Source: Cyanophora paradoxa CCMP329
Lineage: Eukaryota > Plantae > Glaucophyta
Assembly: GCA_004431415.1 (NCBI GenBank)
Contig: QPMI01000482.1
Coordinates: 1 to 64,000, forward strand
Reading direction: 5' to 3'
DNA length: 64,000 bases
Shown: in pieces, positions 37,118 through 49,441 of the stretch
Numbering within the stretch: position 1 is the stretch's first letter
Layout of the letters: each line of letters starts with the position of its first letter
Translations under genes and position numbers: made by a program
The notes under the pieces: generated by a model
The model's database searches: none
Seen by the model: only the letters and a program-made list of their open reading frames with translations
What the model was told of the DNA's origin: nothing

Positions 37118-40029
37118 ATGGAGAGCGCGCCTCTTTTACGCCATGAGGGACGCGCTGGACGTACCATGCGATCGGTGCTCCTCGCGCTCGCCCCTTGGTC
37201 AGTGCTCCTGGAACGGACCCCTGCGATAAGCACTAGCTATAGTGTATATGTGCCAGTCGGTCGACGTGCGCTGAGCACCAGCTCCGCAGGGTCCTGGCGG
37301 CAGTGCTGGGGGCGGTTGCGATCGTACTCGGCCTGCAAAACCAGAGGCTCGTCCGCGAGAGCCGTGACGCAGGTCTGTCACACGTACAGGCGGCTGGTAC
37401 GTCGAAGTTCGAAGGCGTGACGGGTGCGCAGCAGTGTGTACACGCCGCACGTGTCGGACGCGTACGTCGACTCGAGCTCGAGCTCCCGCCTGATCGCCCT
37501 CCCCGGCCCGCCTGCCGCAGCGGCGGCAGCAGCCCGAAGCGACCAGCTGAATTCGAAGCGCATCCCGAGACGCGGGAAGATGAGCGCGGAAGCGAGGAAT
37601 CGGTGGGCGTCGCAGCTTGCTCAGTACATGGAGGACAAGCCGGATCCGAATCCCGCGTGGAAAACTGTGAAGCCGGCAGAGCTGCCGAAGGAGTGGTGCG
37701 AAGGCGATTACCTTCCTTGTGTAACGCTCACGCTCATTGACCTCACCGTGCACAGGGACTGGTGAGATTCCGCGCACCGCGCGCGCATGCGCTAGCATGC
37801 GCAGCTGCGGAGTTCGAAAGCGCCCGGCTGCCGGCCCCGGGCTGACGTTAAAGTCTGCGCAGGCGGAACGTGTCCGGAAAGAATTTCCTGACAGCTGATC
37901 GCCAGCAGCACCTTCCCGTCTACTGCGGCGGCTGCTGGGTAAGAGGCTTAGAGCGCCCCGTCTTGTCTTGAAGTCATATGCGAGGCGGCGATGATTCGAG
38001 CGTGCCGCCTCGCGCGCAGCTCTTCTCCAGCATCCACTCGCTGAACGGTGCGCTTGCTCGGCACTTCTCGCCCCTCGCCTTGCACCGGGCCCCGATGGAT
38101 GCGCCCCGCAGATCGAATCTCGATCGCGCGCAACGCGAGCTGGCCGCCCGTGCTCCTCTCCCACCAAGTGTGCGCATGGCCGATGGCCTGGCTTCGAGGC
38201 ACGAGCGCCTCGCCCCACGCCGCGCGCGATGAGAGGGCGCGCTCCCCTCGTTCCGAGGCCTTGAGGGAACCCCTCTGCACGTTTCATCCGGGCGAAGGGG
38301 CGGCCCTCCCGGCTCCTCCTCCCCGCCCCCCCATCCCCCCCCTCCCCCACCCCCTCCCCCTACCCCCGCCCCTTACCCCCCGGCTGCTCCACGAGGGCGC
38401 GCAGCCGCCGGGCCCACTCGCGCCGCCGCAGGATGATCAACTGCCAGGACTGCGGCAACTGCGAGGACGGCGGCGAGGAGGCGCGCCCCGGCGCCCCCCC
38501 TCCCTCGCACCGGCCCCCTCGCGCAGCGCCGCCGCCGACCTGACTGTCGCGCGCGGGGCCGGCGGTCGCAGGCCTGCGTCTACGGGTACATGCGCAAGGT
38601 GCGGGGCAGCTTCAGCGCGGGCCGCCGCGCTCGCCTCACCCGCGCCCCTCGCTGCAGCACGGCCTGCCGGACGACACCGTGCGCCACCCGCACCCCGCCC
38701 CCTCTCGCCCCCGCCCCCGCCGACGGCCTCCCTGCCCCCGCAGTGCGCCCCCTACGTCGCCAAGACGGGCACCGAGTGTCTCTCCCACGGCAAGGTCGGG
38801 GCCTGCAAGCCCGAGTGCTACTGCTCGTGCGCGCGCCGCCTCCTGTGGCCCCCGGCCCGCCCCCGCACTGCCTATCTCTCACCTTGTTTACTCGATCCAG
38901 GAACGCCGAGCCCAACGGAGACCACTACGCCATTAAGAAGTACCGGAAGTGGTGCCCCCTCCCCCACCCTCCCCCCGCCCCCCAACACCCCCCCCCCCCA
39001 CCCCACCCCCACCCCTCCCACCCCCAGCCCCCCCCCCCCCACCCCTCCCCGTACTTCTTCCCGCCGCTTTTCGCCCCTCAACTGTGCCCACAGGTACCTC
39101 AAGTACTTTGGGCATCTCCCCCACTCGGACAAGTTCGCAATGAAGGCGCGTCGCACTCCTCCTGCGCCCCCGTACTCCTCAGAGAGTTGTCTGTTTCAGG
39201 CCGAGATCTTCACCCGGGGGCCCATCACCTGCGTGCGCGCCCCTCCCGGACTCCCCCCGCCCTGCGCCTTTTTCCTCTCTCATTCAGCCGCTTAATTTGA
39301 ATTTGATCGGCAGGGCATGTGCGCCACGGATCGTGCGCGTTACTCCCTCCCCCCTCCCCCCCCTCCCCCCTCCCCCCCCCCCCCCCGCGCGCCTTCGAGC
39401 TCACCTCGCCCCCACCCCCTCCCCCCTTCTTTAGGCATGGTGTACGAGTACACAAGCGGAGTGTACCGCGAGAGTACCCCCTGCAAGGTCGAGGACTACG
39501 ACCAGTGCGTGCAAAAAGACGTTCCCCCATCCGCTCTCTTTCGACGAGCCGGTCCCAGTGAAGTCTCCGTGTCGGGTTGGGGCGTGGACGCCAAGACCGG
39601 AGAGGAGTACTGGCTCGTCCGCAACAGCTGGGGCACCTTCTGGGTACCCCTTCCCTCGCGACCGCGTACCCCTCCCTCCGGCGACGCCGTACCCCCGCAG
39701 GGTGAGGACGGCTGGTTCCGCATCCCCATCTACGAGGACAACCTCGGGCTCGGGGTTCGTACCCCCGCTTCCTCCCTAGCGCCCCCATTCCCCTCCCCCT
39801 ACCCCCCGCAGCCGCCGGGGTACGACGTGCGCCGCGCTGCAGAAAGTGTGCGTGTACGGAGTGGTGGATCTCGAGCGCTCTGCCGACATCCCCCCGACGC
39901 CGCTCAAGCGGTGCGCGTGTGCCGGCCGGCCCTGCCCCCCCGGCACTCGCTCCTGCCGCCCCCGCTGGTTGAGCAGGCGCATGCGCATGCAGGTACTACA
40001 CGCCCCCTCCGGAGGGCGACCGCAAGTGA
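37118..40029 (+). CDS. CTSZ: Cathepsin X/Z-like papain-family cysteine protease, copy A
   Basis: ELPKEW|DW|RNVSGKNFLTADRQQHLPVYCGGCW|LFSSIHSLN|DRISIARN..INCQDCGNCEDGG..AEIFTRGPITC..DYDH|EVSVSGWG..YWLVRNSWGTFW|GEDGWFRI; catalytic Cys, His (split codon CA|T) and Asn present. Confidence 0.92.
37903..38141 (+). repeat. Inverted-repeat arm shared with 50936-51173 (second arm pair 39563-39724 / 49752-49913)
   Basis: Near-identical exon plus intron sequence between the two cathepsin X genes in opposite orientation. Confidence 0.9.
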
Positions 40030-41001
40030 ACATGGCCCCTGGGCGGGCGACCTGCAGCATTCAAGTCGAATACGGGTAGGCCCGGCGCTGGCGGTCAGCT
40101 GCAGGTGTCGAGCTCGAGCCCGGCCGCAGCTGTGTGCAGATTCGCTGCCCTGCAGAAGAACCGCGCAATCGCTTCTCATTTTTCATTTTAGCAGCTCTGC
40201 GTACGATCGATCGTGTTGTGTTTGAGAGTCTTGAGAGGATGAGTTTTGTGCACGTGCCGTGATCATCTCAGAGTCTGTTCACTGAGTCAGGTAGTACAGT
40301 GTTGTGTGTGTTGTGATGAGTTTTCCTTCTGGTCTTTAATTTCGCATTTGCACCTCAGCATCTGTAACTTAGTTAGCTTTCAAATACGAATTCATGTGGG
40401 GTAATCATACCGATCGCGAGTCCGATCGTCATGATCATCATGGCATGATCAAATGAGCGCGGCCGTTCGCGGTGCTCGAGCTACTACTAGGCTAGCAGCT
40501 GATCTAGCTCGAGCTGCTAGCTCGAGCTCGCCCCGATCGCGAGCTCGCCGTCACGGCGTCGCCCGGCAGTGCGCGCGAGGTCTTCAGCTGGATATCCGAT
40601 ATCGAGCTCGAGCTAGCGCTCGATTAATAAAACGCTTCGCGCTCTCGAAGCGCCGTCTGGGGGGTGTGTAACGGCCCCGCCGACCGGTACCGGTACCGTG
40701 ACTACCGTCAAGGTGTACCCGGCGTACTACCGTACCCGCGGGCCGCGGCCCGGCGCCGGCAGGCCGGCGCAGCCGGGCGGCTTCGGAAGGGAAGTGACTC
40801 TCTAGCTAGCTGCAGAGTCTGCAGTGACTCTAGAGTCTGGACTGCACTGCGGCGCGTGCAACGTACCGTAGTACGTTAACGCCGCGCATGCGCGCTTCAA
40901 GGCTTTGCAGGCCCGCAGCACACACAGCCGCTGAGCCGCACTAGCCGCTGAGCGCTGAGCTAAGCCGCTAAGCTCAGCCAGATCTTGACGTAGTCACGGC
41001 C

Positions 41002-42548
41002 ATGGCAAACTCTGCAGTCCAGCGCGCGGGCCATACGCACCACAGCGGGCTCACATGCACATTGAGTGCGGTCGCGCTGTCGGTGGTGCTGCTCGCGGCA
41101 GCTTGCACGCTGGCAGGGGGCCAGTGCGTTGAGTTCCAGCCCAGTACCGACCTGAGCGTGCGCGCGCCACGGTCATGATCTCCCTCCGAGGCTCCCTCTC
41201 CATGGCCACCATTAATATTAATATAATATATATGACTCCTGATCGCTTAACTTTCTCAGTCTTAGTTTTTGAGCGTGATCGCGCGCGACGTGGTGCAGAT
41301 GCTTGTGCCACTCAATCCGAGCGAAGTTTGGACGACCTCGCTGTCGATGACCATCGAATTCTGGGTCCGCAGCGCCCGCGACCGCCACGCGCGCCCGCGC
41401 GGCACTCAATTATATTTAATTGCGAATTCGAACGTAGGCGAAAATCGAGAGCTACCCGTCGAGCGGCGACAACCCGCCCCTTTGGAGCGTCCTGGACAGC
41501 CTCGACACTGACCTCTTTTACTGTAACCGTGCGTCTTAAAATATCGCGTCGGCTCAGTTTTTAGAGCAGGTACTTTGATTTAAAGGTTGATATTGATCAT
41601 GACGCCCCGTCGCGGCCTGGTCAGTTGTGGGCGGGAGCGTGCTGGCCTTCCAGTGCGAGTGGCAGGACGGGGTGGGCCCGCCCGTCGTCTCCCGCAGCAT
41701 CCCGCCCGACGTCCCCGCCGACTTCCCCGCGGCGGCCATGACCGGCTGGCACCACTTCGCCTTCGTCCTCAGCTCCTCCGGGGGCGCCGCGTACATCCTC
41801 ACCTACGTCGACGGCACCCTGCACGCCAACACGTACAACCCGGCGGACCCCGTGCGCGCCTCCTTCATCTCCGCCGGCAGCGTCTACTACAACGCCGTCC
41901 TCTTCGCCCCGTCGGGCTCGGCCAGCGTCACCAGCCTCCGCGAGGTGCGAGATCCAGATACCAATTGCGTGTACATTTAATTCAGAACGCAGCTATAGCT
42001 AGATCTAGATCTAGAACGGATTTTATTCCGATTATTATTAATTGTATTTCTCGCAGGTTCGCATCTGGAATGAAGCGCTCGGGTTGAGCACCGTCCAGGC
42101 GAACCGCAACAAACCAATCACGTCGGCCGATATCCTGGGGTACCTCTCCCTCGCCCACGTCGGTGCGGTACCCCCGGCCCCGCCTTGAAGCTTGCTTGTT
42201 ATGAATCGCAGCTGAAGTATATTTGAATGTTGATGGCGATTGATTTGCGCAGTTCCATTCGACACGGATCCGACGGGGATCGGGGGCGACGTGTACGCGA
42301 ACGACCTGGTGGACCTCGTGACTAATTTTATGCTTGAGGACGAGGCCACGATCGCCCTCGGCTTCGGCCTCAGCGTCGGCTCGGGCCAGTTCGTCGCCGG
42401 CACCGGCGGCATCTGCTCCTTGATCGCCCCCAAGGGCCCCAGCGGCGGCGGCGGAGGCGCCTCCTCGCCCTCCGGATCCATCCTCGTCCTGAACGGCGGC
42501 ACGATCTCCGTCGACGGCGGGTACATCTGCGTCGGACCCTGCCCCTGA
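41002..42548 (+). CDS. Secreted LamG/concanavalin-A-like (Laminin_G_3/pentraxin-like) domain protein
   Basis: Signal-like exon ..LSAVALSVVLLAAACTLAGG-QCV; then SMTIEFW|AK..GWHHFAFV..TYVDG..SLRE|VRIWNEAL (classic LamG-3 motifs); ends YICVGPCP*. Confidence 0.75.
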
Positions 42549-43100
42549 CTCATGATCAGTACTAGTGCCGTTGATCCGCCTGCTCCGCCCGCGGCCTTCA
42601 GCTTCTGCATGGTCCCTCTTCAAATTCTAGCTCTAGATTCTGAGATGTGCTGCGCATCGCCCCCCATCGCCTCCGTCTTCTCCTCCACCTGCAGCTGGGG
42701 GGACGGGGGAGCCCGCAGGGCCCGGGGGGACGGGGAGCCTCAGGGGGCCTGCGCATGCAGGGGCCCGCTGGGGGCCAGGGAATTCGAAGCTCGTGGATGC
42801 CTACAGCTATATAGCTACAGCTGTGGACGCCTATAGCTATATATATATAGCTACAGCTGCGCATGCTCGTGTTCCGGCGCCCGGCCGCGGCTACCGCTCT
42901 GATCATAAGGCAGCATTGATATTCAATGATCAGATTCATGATAAATATCTGACGCGGTGCGCATGCAGAGTCATAATTTATAATCTCTACAATGCGGTTA
43001 TTAATATGTTTAATTTACGCAAATAAGGCGGGCTCCAAATCAGAGCTCAGCTCTAGCTGTAGACGGGAGTCTAAGAGTCTGGGGGCGGGGCGGGCTGGAC

Positions 43101-44170
43101 CTAGAGGAGGGCCGGCTCGGCGTCGTCCTCGGCGAGGGAGAAGCCGGAGGCGAGGGCGAGCTCGGCGTCCGCCTCGGCCTCGGGGGCGAGGGCGAGGGCG
43201 AGGGGGGCGCCCTCCTCCGCGGGGAGGCCCTCCAGGGCCACGCCCTCTACATCTCCCTCCTCCAGGCCCAGCTGCTGGGCCTCCTCGTCCAGCTCGAAGC
43301 CCTTCTTGATCAGATCCTCTGCGCCCCCGGTTGGCGCGTGTATCGCGAGGCGAGCTCACCGGGGCGGGATTCAGGAAACGAACGCACGGGCTACGAACGT
43401 ATGCGACGTGATGTTCCCTGGACTAGCCCCGATCTTGCTCACAACCGTGATGATGGCCTGTGGCGCAGTTGACTTCGGAGTGGGAAGCAATTCTAATGGA
43501 AAAAATTCGATGATCTAGCAGTAGCTATAGGCAGAGCCGGCCGCGGGAAGAAACAGATAAATCTAGAGAATGCACTCCCGTGTACGTAAGCGCACCCTGT
43601 TGGTCTGGGTGCCAAGGACGGTGACGCCCGCCTTGCTGCCGATCGACACCGCTGGCCTACCTAACACTGCGTCTTGCGGTTGCGTTTGGAGGTACATGTA
43701 CTTCGTTGGAGTCGCCCTGCGTGAACATGTACAGAGAGACGTCGGTCACGGGCGGAAGCTTAATGTAAGTCTCTCAGGCCTAGGGAAGCGAGGCGGGGCG
43801 AGGAAGGGAAGGCAAGCACCCGACGACCATGCCGCTCGCAGCAAACATACTGGGGTCATTGAGGCCTGCAGCGAACGTCTTCGCAGCCGAGGCCGCGAAG
43901 TCCGCGGTCGCCGCCGACCCTCCAGGCGCCGCGGCCGAGCACCATTTCGCGCCGTCCTTGCCATAGATTGAGCCAGCCTGAACGATGGGCGGCGCGCAGT
44001 GAGTTTTCAAGGTGCTGAAGATATCGATGCCGATCCGGCCGCGGCCGCGCCGCGGCGGCCGCGGCCGCGGACCGGATCATGATCAGCATTCCGAACCCTC
44101 TGAAGAGAATGCGCACCTGGACGCCGTATCCTTTGACCAAGATGTCGCAGAAAGCAGCCCAGCCCGACAT
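43101..44170 (-). CDS. PFN: Profilin with 64-aa acidic C-terminal extension (5 exons)
   Basis: MSGWAAFCDILVKGYGVQ|AGSIYGKDGAKWCS..AAGLNDPSMFAASGMVVG|ATPTKYMYLQ..GVTVLGTQTNR|AIITVVSKIGASPGNITSHTFVAQ|DLIKKGF, then an acidic tail; not visible as a single ORF. Confidence 0.85.
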
Positions 44171-45276
44171 GATATCGATCTTAGCTTGCCGCTGTGTTTG
44201 CCGTCGGTTACGACCAGTACCTGGGTATAGCGTTATACGGAATCCGGATACAACGCGTATACGCCGCCGCGCCGCGCGCGCATGCAGGCAGCCCCGCGCA
44301 CTGCGGCATGCGCATGCACAGTGCCTGCTGCTTGCGCAGATCTAGAGATCGATGTCGCGATCGATACCGCTAGCGCTAGAGGGCGAGCAAGCTTGAGCGC
44401 TAGCGGCCCTTCGAATCCAGGAAGCTTCAAGGTCGACGCGATGTCGTTGTCCCCCTTCAATTCCTCGAGCTCGCCCGAACTTCCGAAGTTCGGAAACTTC
44501 GCCTTCGCACTGCAGCTAGCGCTGGGGCCGGGGGCCGGCGCCGGATCCCCGGGGCCGGATCGCACGTGCACTGCGGCAATCTTGAATTGGCCATGGGCGC
44601 GGCCTCCTTCGAATTCACTTCGAACTCCATGACCAGGCTGGCCGCGCCCGCCACTGTGCACTGGGCCACTTGCCCACCCCGGCCCCCCTTCACCTCGAGC
44701 ACAGCTGCAGGCGCATACGTAGCTGCATGCGCAGCATTTGAATTCGATGCTGCACACAAATTCAGATGGCACACGCGTACGTGTGATGTAGTACGGCTAT
44801 GGAGATACGAAAGCGTAAAGGACTAATTCGTGAACATACCCTACAGATGATCTTCTATCAAAATATCTAATATCTCAAAACTGCCAGAGTTGACGTCGGC
44901 CAAGGCCTGAAAAACGTATACGTATACCGTAGTACACTCCTGAACGTCAAATGCATAGAAACTGTCCAGATAGTGGAAACACACTCAAGTAGATACGTAT
45001 GCTAGCTCAATACACTCTTCACGAAAAGGGTTACACCAGCCTACACGCAGGCGGCGATTGTCGGAAGAAAAATTCGAAAACTCCGACAAACGGTGATAAC
45101 GAGATCAGATAGGATCGGAGGGGCTCCATGAGGAGAAGGCGAATGTTGAGGAGGGGACGGGACGGGAAGAAGGAAAATATGGAAGTAGAAATCCCGGCGG
45201 GGACCGCAGCCTTTTGTGATCACTGGCTGGGGGCCGGTTGGGGCGCGGGGCGGGGGCGGGGTGGGGCGGGGCGGGG

Positions 45277-48200
45277 TCAGAGGAGCATGCGCCTGGTCTG
45301 CTCGACGCGGCAGAGCTTGGAGAAGGCGTCGCGGGTCGCCGGGTGAAGGGCCCCCCGGCACACCCTGCGCAGCAGCGAGGCGGCGGCGTCAGCGGGGCCG
45401 GCCAGCTCCCCCGCCTCGCTCCCTCGCCGGGGACGCCTTTACGGCGTGGGGCGCACCGGAGCATCGCGTGGCAGCGCGTGAAGGCGTCGGCGGCCTGCCG
45501 CAGCAGCTCCGGCAGCTCCTGCTCGGGCGTGCCTCCAGACTGCGCCGCCTCAGCGCCCCGCACCGCCCCGGCACACCGCGGCGGGCCGGCGAGGCGGGCG
45601 GACCTGGGCGATGCAGAGGTAGGAGTTGCCGAGGAAGGCCCAGTGCGCGCAGATGTCGGGGTGCTGCCGCGGGTAGCACCTGGCGCGCGGGGCGGTCAGG
45701 GCGGGGCGGCGGGCCCAACGGGAGGGCGGCGAGGGGGGCCCACCCGGCGTTCTCCATGAGGTGGATGATCTTGCGGCAGTACGTCGCGGCCGCTGCGCGC
45801 GGGGGCGAGCGAGGGCGTGGGCGGGGGAGGCGGGGGAGAGAGGAGGGCGGGGCGGGGCACCGTGGAGGTCGAGGGTGGCGTTGCAGACGTTCATGAGGCC
45901 GGAGTAGGCCTGGAAGAGGACCACGTGGTGCCCGTGCAGCACCTGCCCCGCCCCCGCCCCGCGTCGGCCCCGGCTAAGTGGCCGAGGCGCCCGCGGCATG
46001 GTCGGACCTTCTCGTAGAGGGCGAGGAGCTGCTCGAGGGTGGCGCGGGCCTCCGGGAAGAGCCCGCCCTCCCGCTGCTCCGTCCCCTTCGCCAGGAACGC
46101 CCGCGCCACCGCCTCCATGCTCCGCACCTGCCCGCCGGGGCGGGGCCCCCGCGTCACGCCTCTCCGCCTCCTCCCCCCGGGCTTGGATGCGGGGGCTGGG
46201 AAGGGGCGGGGACCTGCTCGGCGCCCTCCTTGCGCTCGCCGCACTTGCCGCAGCGCAAGGCCGCGCACGTCGCCGCCTCCTCGCCCTTCTCCGCCGCCTC
46301 CAGCACCCCCGTGCAGCGCGGGATCGGGCCTGCGCCGAGCGCGTCGGGAGAAGGGGGCGGAGGGGAGGACGGTGGGGCGATGGGGGGGCGTACAGCGGAA
46401 GGCGCGGAGGAAGCGGTCGGGGGAGGCACCGCCGGCCTCCTCCTTGCAGCGCGGGCACTCGCACTTGAAGTCTGGCGAGGGGCGAGGGGCGCGCGTCAGG
46501 GGCGGGCGGCAGAGGCGGAGGACGGCCGGGGCTCCAACGCACAGTAGGTGTTCTGCAGGTGCTCCTGGCGCACGGCCGCGACCTGCCGCCACGCGAGGGG
46601 ACCCTCAGAGGCGACGCGCGGGGTGGGCCCGCGGGGGCACGGCGGGGCGCGCCTGGTACATGTCGGTGTAGGAGAGGCAGAGCTCCTCGCCCTTGGCGAC
46701 GGGCACGACGGCGCGGACCACCAGCTCCCCGGACTCGGTCGTGTAGCAGACGTTCGGCGCGCACGAGTCTGTGTGGCGGTGCAGGGGTGAGCGGCGCTCG
46801 CGGGTGAAGCGTACAAGGGCGGCGGCGCACGGTTCAGGAAGCAGGCGCGGGGGTAGAAGCTGCGTCGAAGGCACACGCGGGCTCGGCGGGGGGTACACGT
46901 GCAGCGACGCCCTCGGGGGGGTAGGCGCGCACGCGATGCCGTAGCGCCTATTGTTCGTGTCATCCAGGCCATGGTGGTTGCACTTCAGCCGGCAGAGCAG
47001 CTGCGGGGGCGGGGGTACCGTATCAGGGGGGGCCGGGGGAGAAGGGAGCAGCGAGGGGGGGGGGTACGAACATCAAGGGCAATGTCCTCCCCCCCGCGGA
47101 GGCGCGCTGTCTCGGGCACGAGCCCCTGCACGGTCTGCGGGGCGGAGGTATTCAGAGAGGGAGAGGGATTCGGAGGGGGTACGGGGTGCGCGCGCCTTGG
47201 CGGAGGCGCGAAGCTCCGTGATGCTCTCCTTCGAGATCGAGTCGCGGTGCGTGAGGAGCCGCAGAACGTCCTCGTAGCTGCGGGGGTACAGGGTGTGAGG
47301 AGGGGGTACAGGAAGGGGGAATGGGGAGGGGGAGGGGGGCGGACCACTGCTCGCCCTTGGGGTACCCCTCCGCGATTTCCTTCCTCCGGCGCGCGAGGAC
47401 CTTGATGGCGAGGCTGCGGGGGCGGGCCCGTCAGCGGCGGGAGGCATGCCAGCGATCCTCAGGGGTTCGACCTCGCGCACCGGATCAGAGACGTGTCGTC
47501 CTTGGCCTGCTTGTAGAGGGACCGCAGCGCCTCGCACTCCCACTTGCCATGCTCCCCCGCATGCTTCTCCTGCGAGCCCACCCCGGATCAAATTCCGACG
47601 TTAAAGAGAATGAGCGGGGCGGCGCGCCTTGCAGTCAGCTGAGCAGTACCAGGCGGCGTTGCAGCCTTCGCACCACTCGTGCAGAGGGATCGCGCCATAG
47701 CACTGCGCGGAACGACGGTCGAAAAGGAACAAAAAAAGGAGAAAAGGAAAGAGAGAGAGAGGATAAGTGGAGCGCACGTTGTGGCAGAAGCTCTCGAGAT
47801 GGTTGTCGTTGACGACGGCGGCGTACGGCGCCGAGCGGAAGACGAGGTCGCCCGGCTGCAGGTCCTGCGCGCGCCGCCGCGGATCAAATTGGAGCCGATC
47901 GAACCTGGGATCGAAGCGCCGCGCGCTCGCGCGCACGGTGGTGGCGACGAGGCCGCGTCCGCGCTTGGCGTCGATGCGCCGCGCCTCGACCGGGAAACCC
48001 TCGAAGAGGCCGGCGAGCGCGGCGTCTTCGTCCGTTCCTGCGGGGAGAGCGACGAAGTCCGCGGGCAGCTTGACGAGAGATTCGGCGGCCGGCTTCTTCT
48101 TCGTCGGCTTCTTCTTCTTCGCTGCGGCGCCGCGGGAGCCGCTCGCATCCGAGGCGGCCGTCGGCGAGGCGCCGCCGGACTGCGCGCCCGAGCCCCGAGC

Positions 48201-48798
48201 GCCGGAGAGAGACGGACAGGAGTTCACGTGATGCATTTTCCGGAGCGCCGTGATAGTCTTGTTCAGCGGCGCCATGCCAGGGTCAAGATCAATTTCGATC
48301 GTCCCAATCCGGACCCGCGGGCTGGCGTTCGCCGACGCCGGCGAGCCGGCCACAGCGGCAACCACCGCAGTATGCTTGGAGGGAACGCCGGCCGGAATCT
48401 GTATGGGCGACAGAGCCGCGGGGGCCGCTGCAGGGCCGCATGAAACGACACCGGCCGCGGCTTGCTTCGCGGCCACGTCGCTGCCGGCATCGCTGTGCGA
48501 GGATGCGGATGCTTGCTCATCATGCGAGGATGAATGTGTTAGAGTTGGCTCCGCTTTGTCCGCCCAAAGATCTGATCGTTGAACGCGAAACGATCGACGG
48601 TAAGTTTATAATCATCGGGCTTTGCTCCAGAGTCGTTCAGACAAGTGTACGTGGCTTATGCCACTTACCTTCGTCATCAGACTCTCCCCAGGCGGACTTT
48701 CGCTGGGCAAACTTTGCCTGGAGCTCCTCCCAAGTAGGCGTTGCTGCAGCGGCCGGTTTCGACGGCGCCGCGCGAGTCAAGACCGCTTTGAAGTCCAT
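45277..48798 (-). CDS. SMYD-family SET/MYND lysine methyltransferase
   Basis: KRGRGLVATT|DLQPGDLVFRSAPY; MYND zinc finger CHN|C..CEGCNAAWYCSADCK..H..EC; FYPRACFLN|HSCAPN; GEELCLSYTD; post-SET FKCECPRC; TPR-like C-terminus (YPRQHP). Confidence 0.9.
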
Positions 48799-49441
48799 GC
48801 TAGACCGAGCGCGCTGCAGTTCGGAATGGAGTTCGACGCTGACCGGGGACGCTGTTCGCTTATGATGACTCCCTCGGCGCCGGCGATTCTAGATCCCGAG
48901 CTCGAGAAGGTGACCGAGAGCGGGCGCCGGTGCGAGTCGAAGTGCGAGGGTTCTACGTGCGAACCACGAAGCTGCGCGTGCTTGGCGTGCTGGTATCACG
49001 CGTGCCACTTCTTTGAGAGATCTGCAGATCTAGAGGGGTAGAGGGCCCAGAGACTCGCGACGTTTGATTGATGGCAGGCGAAACGTCGTTCCGCGCATAA
49101 TTACAATTACGATGCTTATCGATATCGTACCGATTCGTACGGAGCGCGCTAGTCACAGATTGATCATCTGAATTTCGCGAAGCTTCGATCGCGTGCGCGG
49201 CGGACGCCGGCGCCGGCCCGGCGGTGCGCCAGTGCAGCGCCACGCCACGCCGTACTGCAACACCGCGCAGCCACGTGAAGCTGACCCAAGGCCGGATCTT
49301 GCGCATGCGCGGCTGCTCACCTAGGCTATGTCTACGTGGGCATATGAACTAAATACGAGTCTACGAGTTCGGAGGTGTAAGGCCCAGCATGGCCTACAGC
49401 TAGCTGACTCAAGAGGGCGCCGCGTGCTGGCCGACCTCCGC

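Noticed and set aside
39500-39562. Apparent loss of the catalytic His in the cathepsins (unspliced frame reads DQC)
   Set aside because: The His codon is split by an intron (CA|T in copy A, CA|C in copy B), so the triad is intact.
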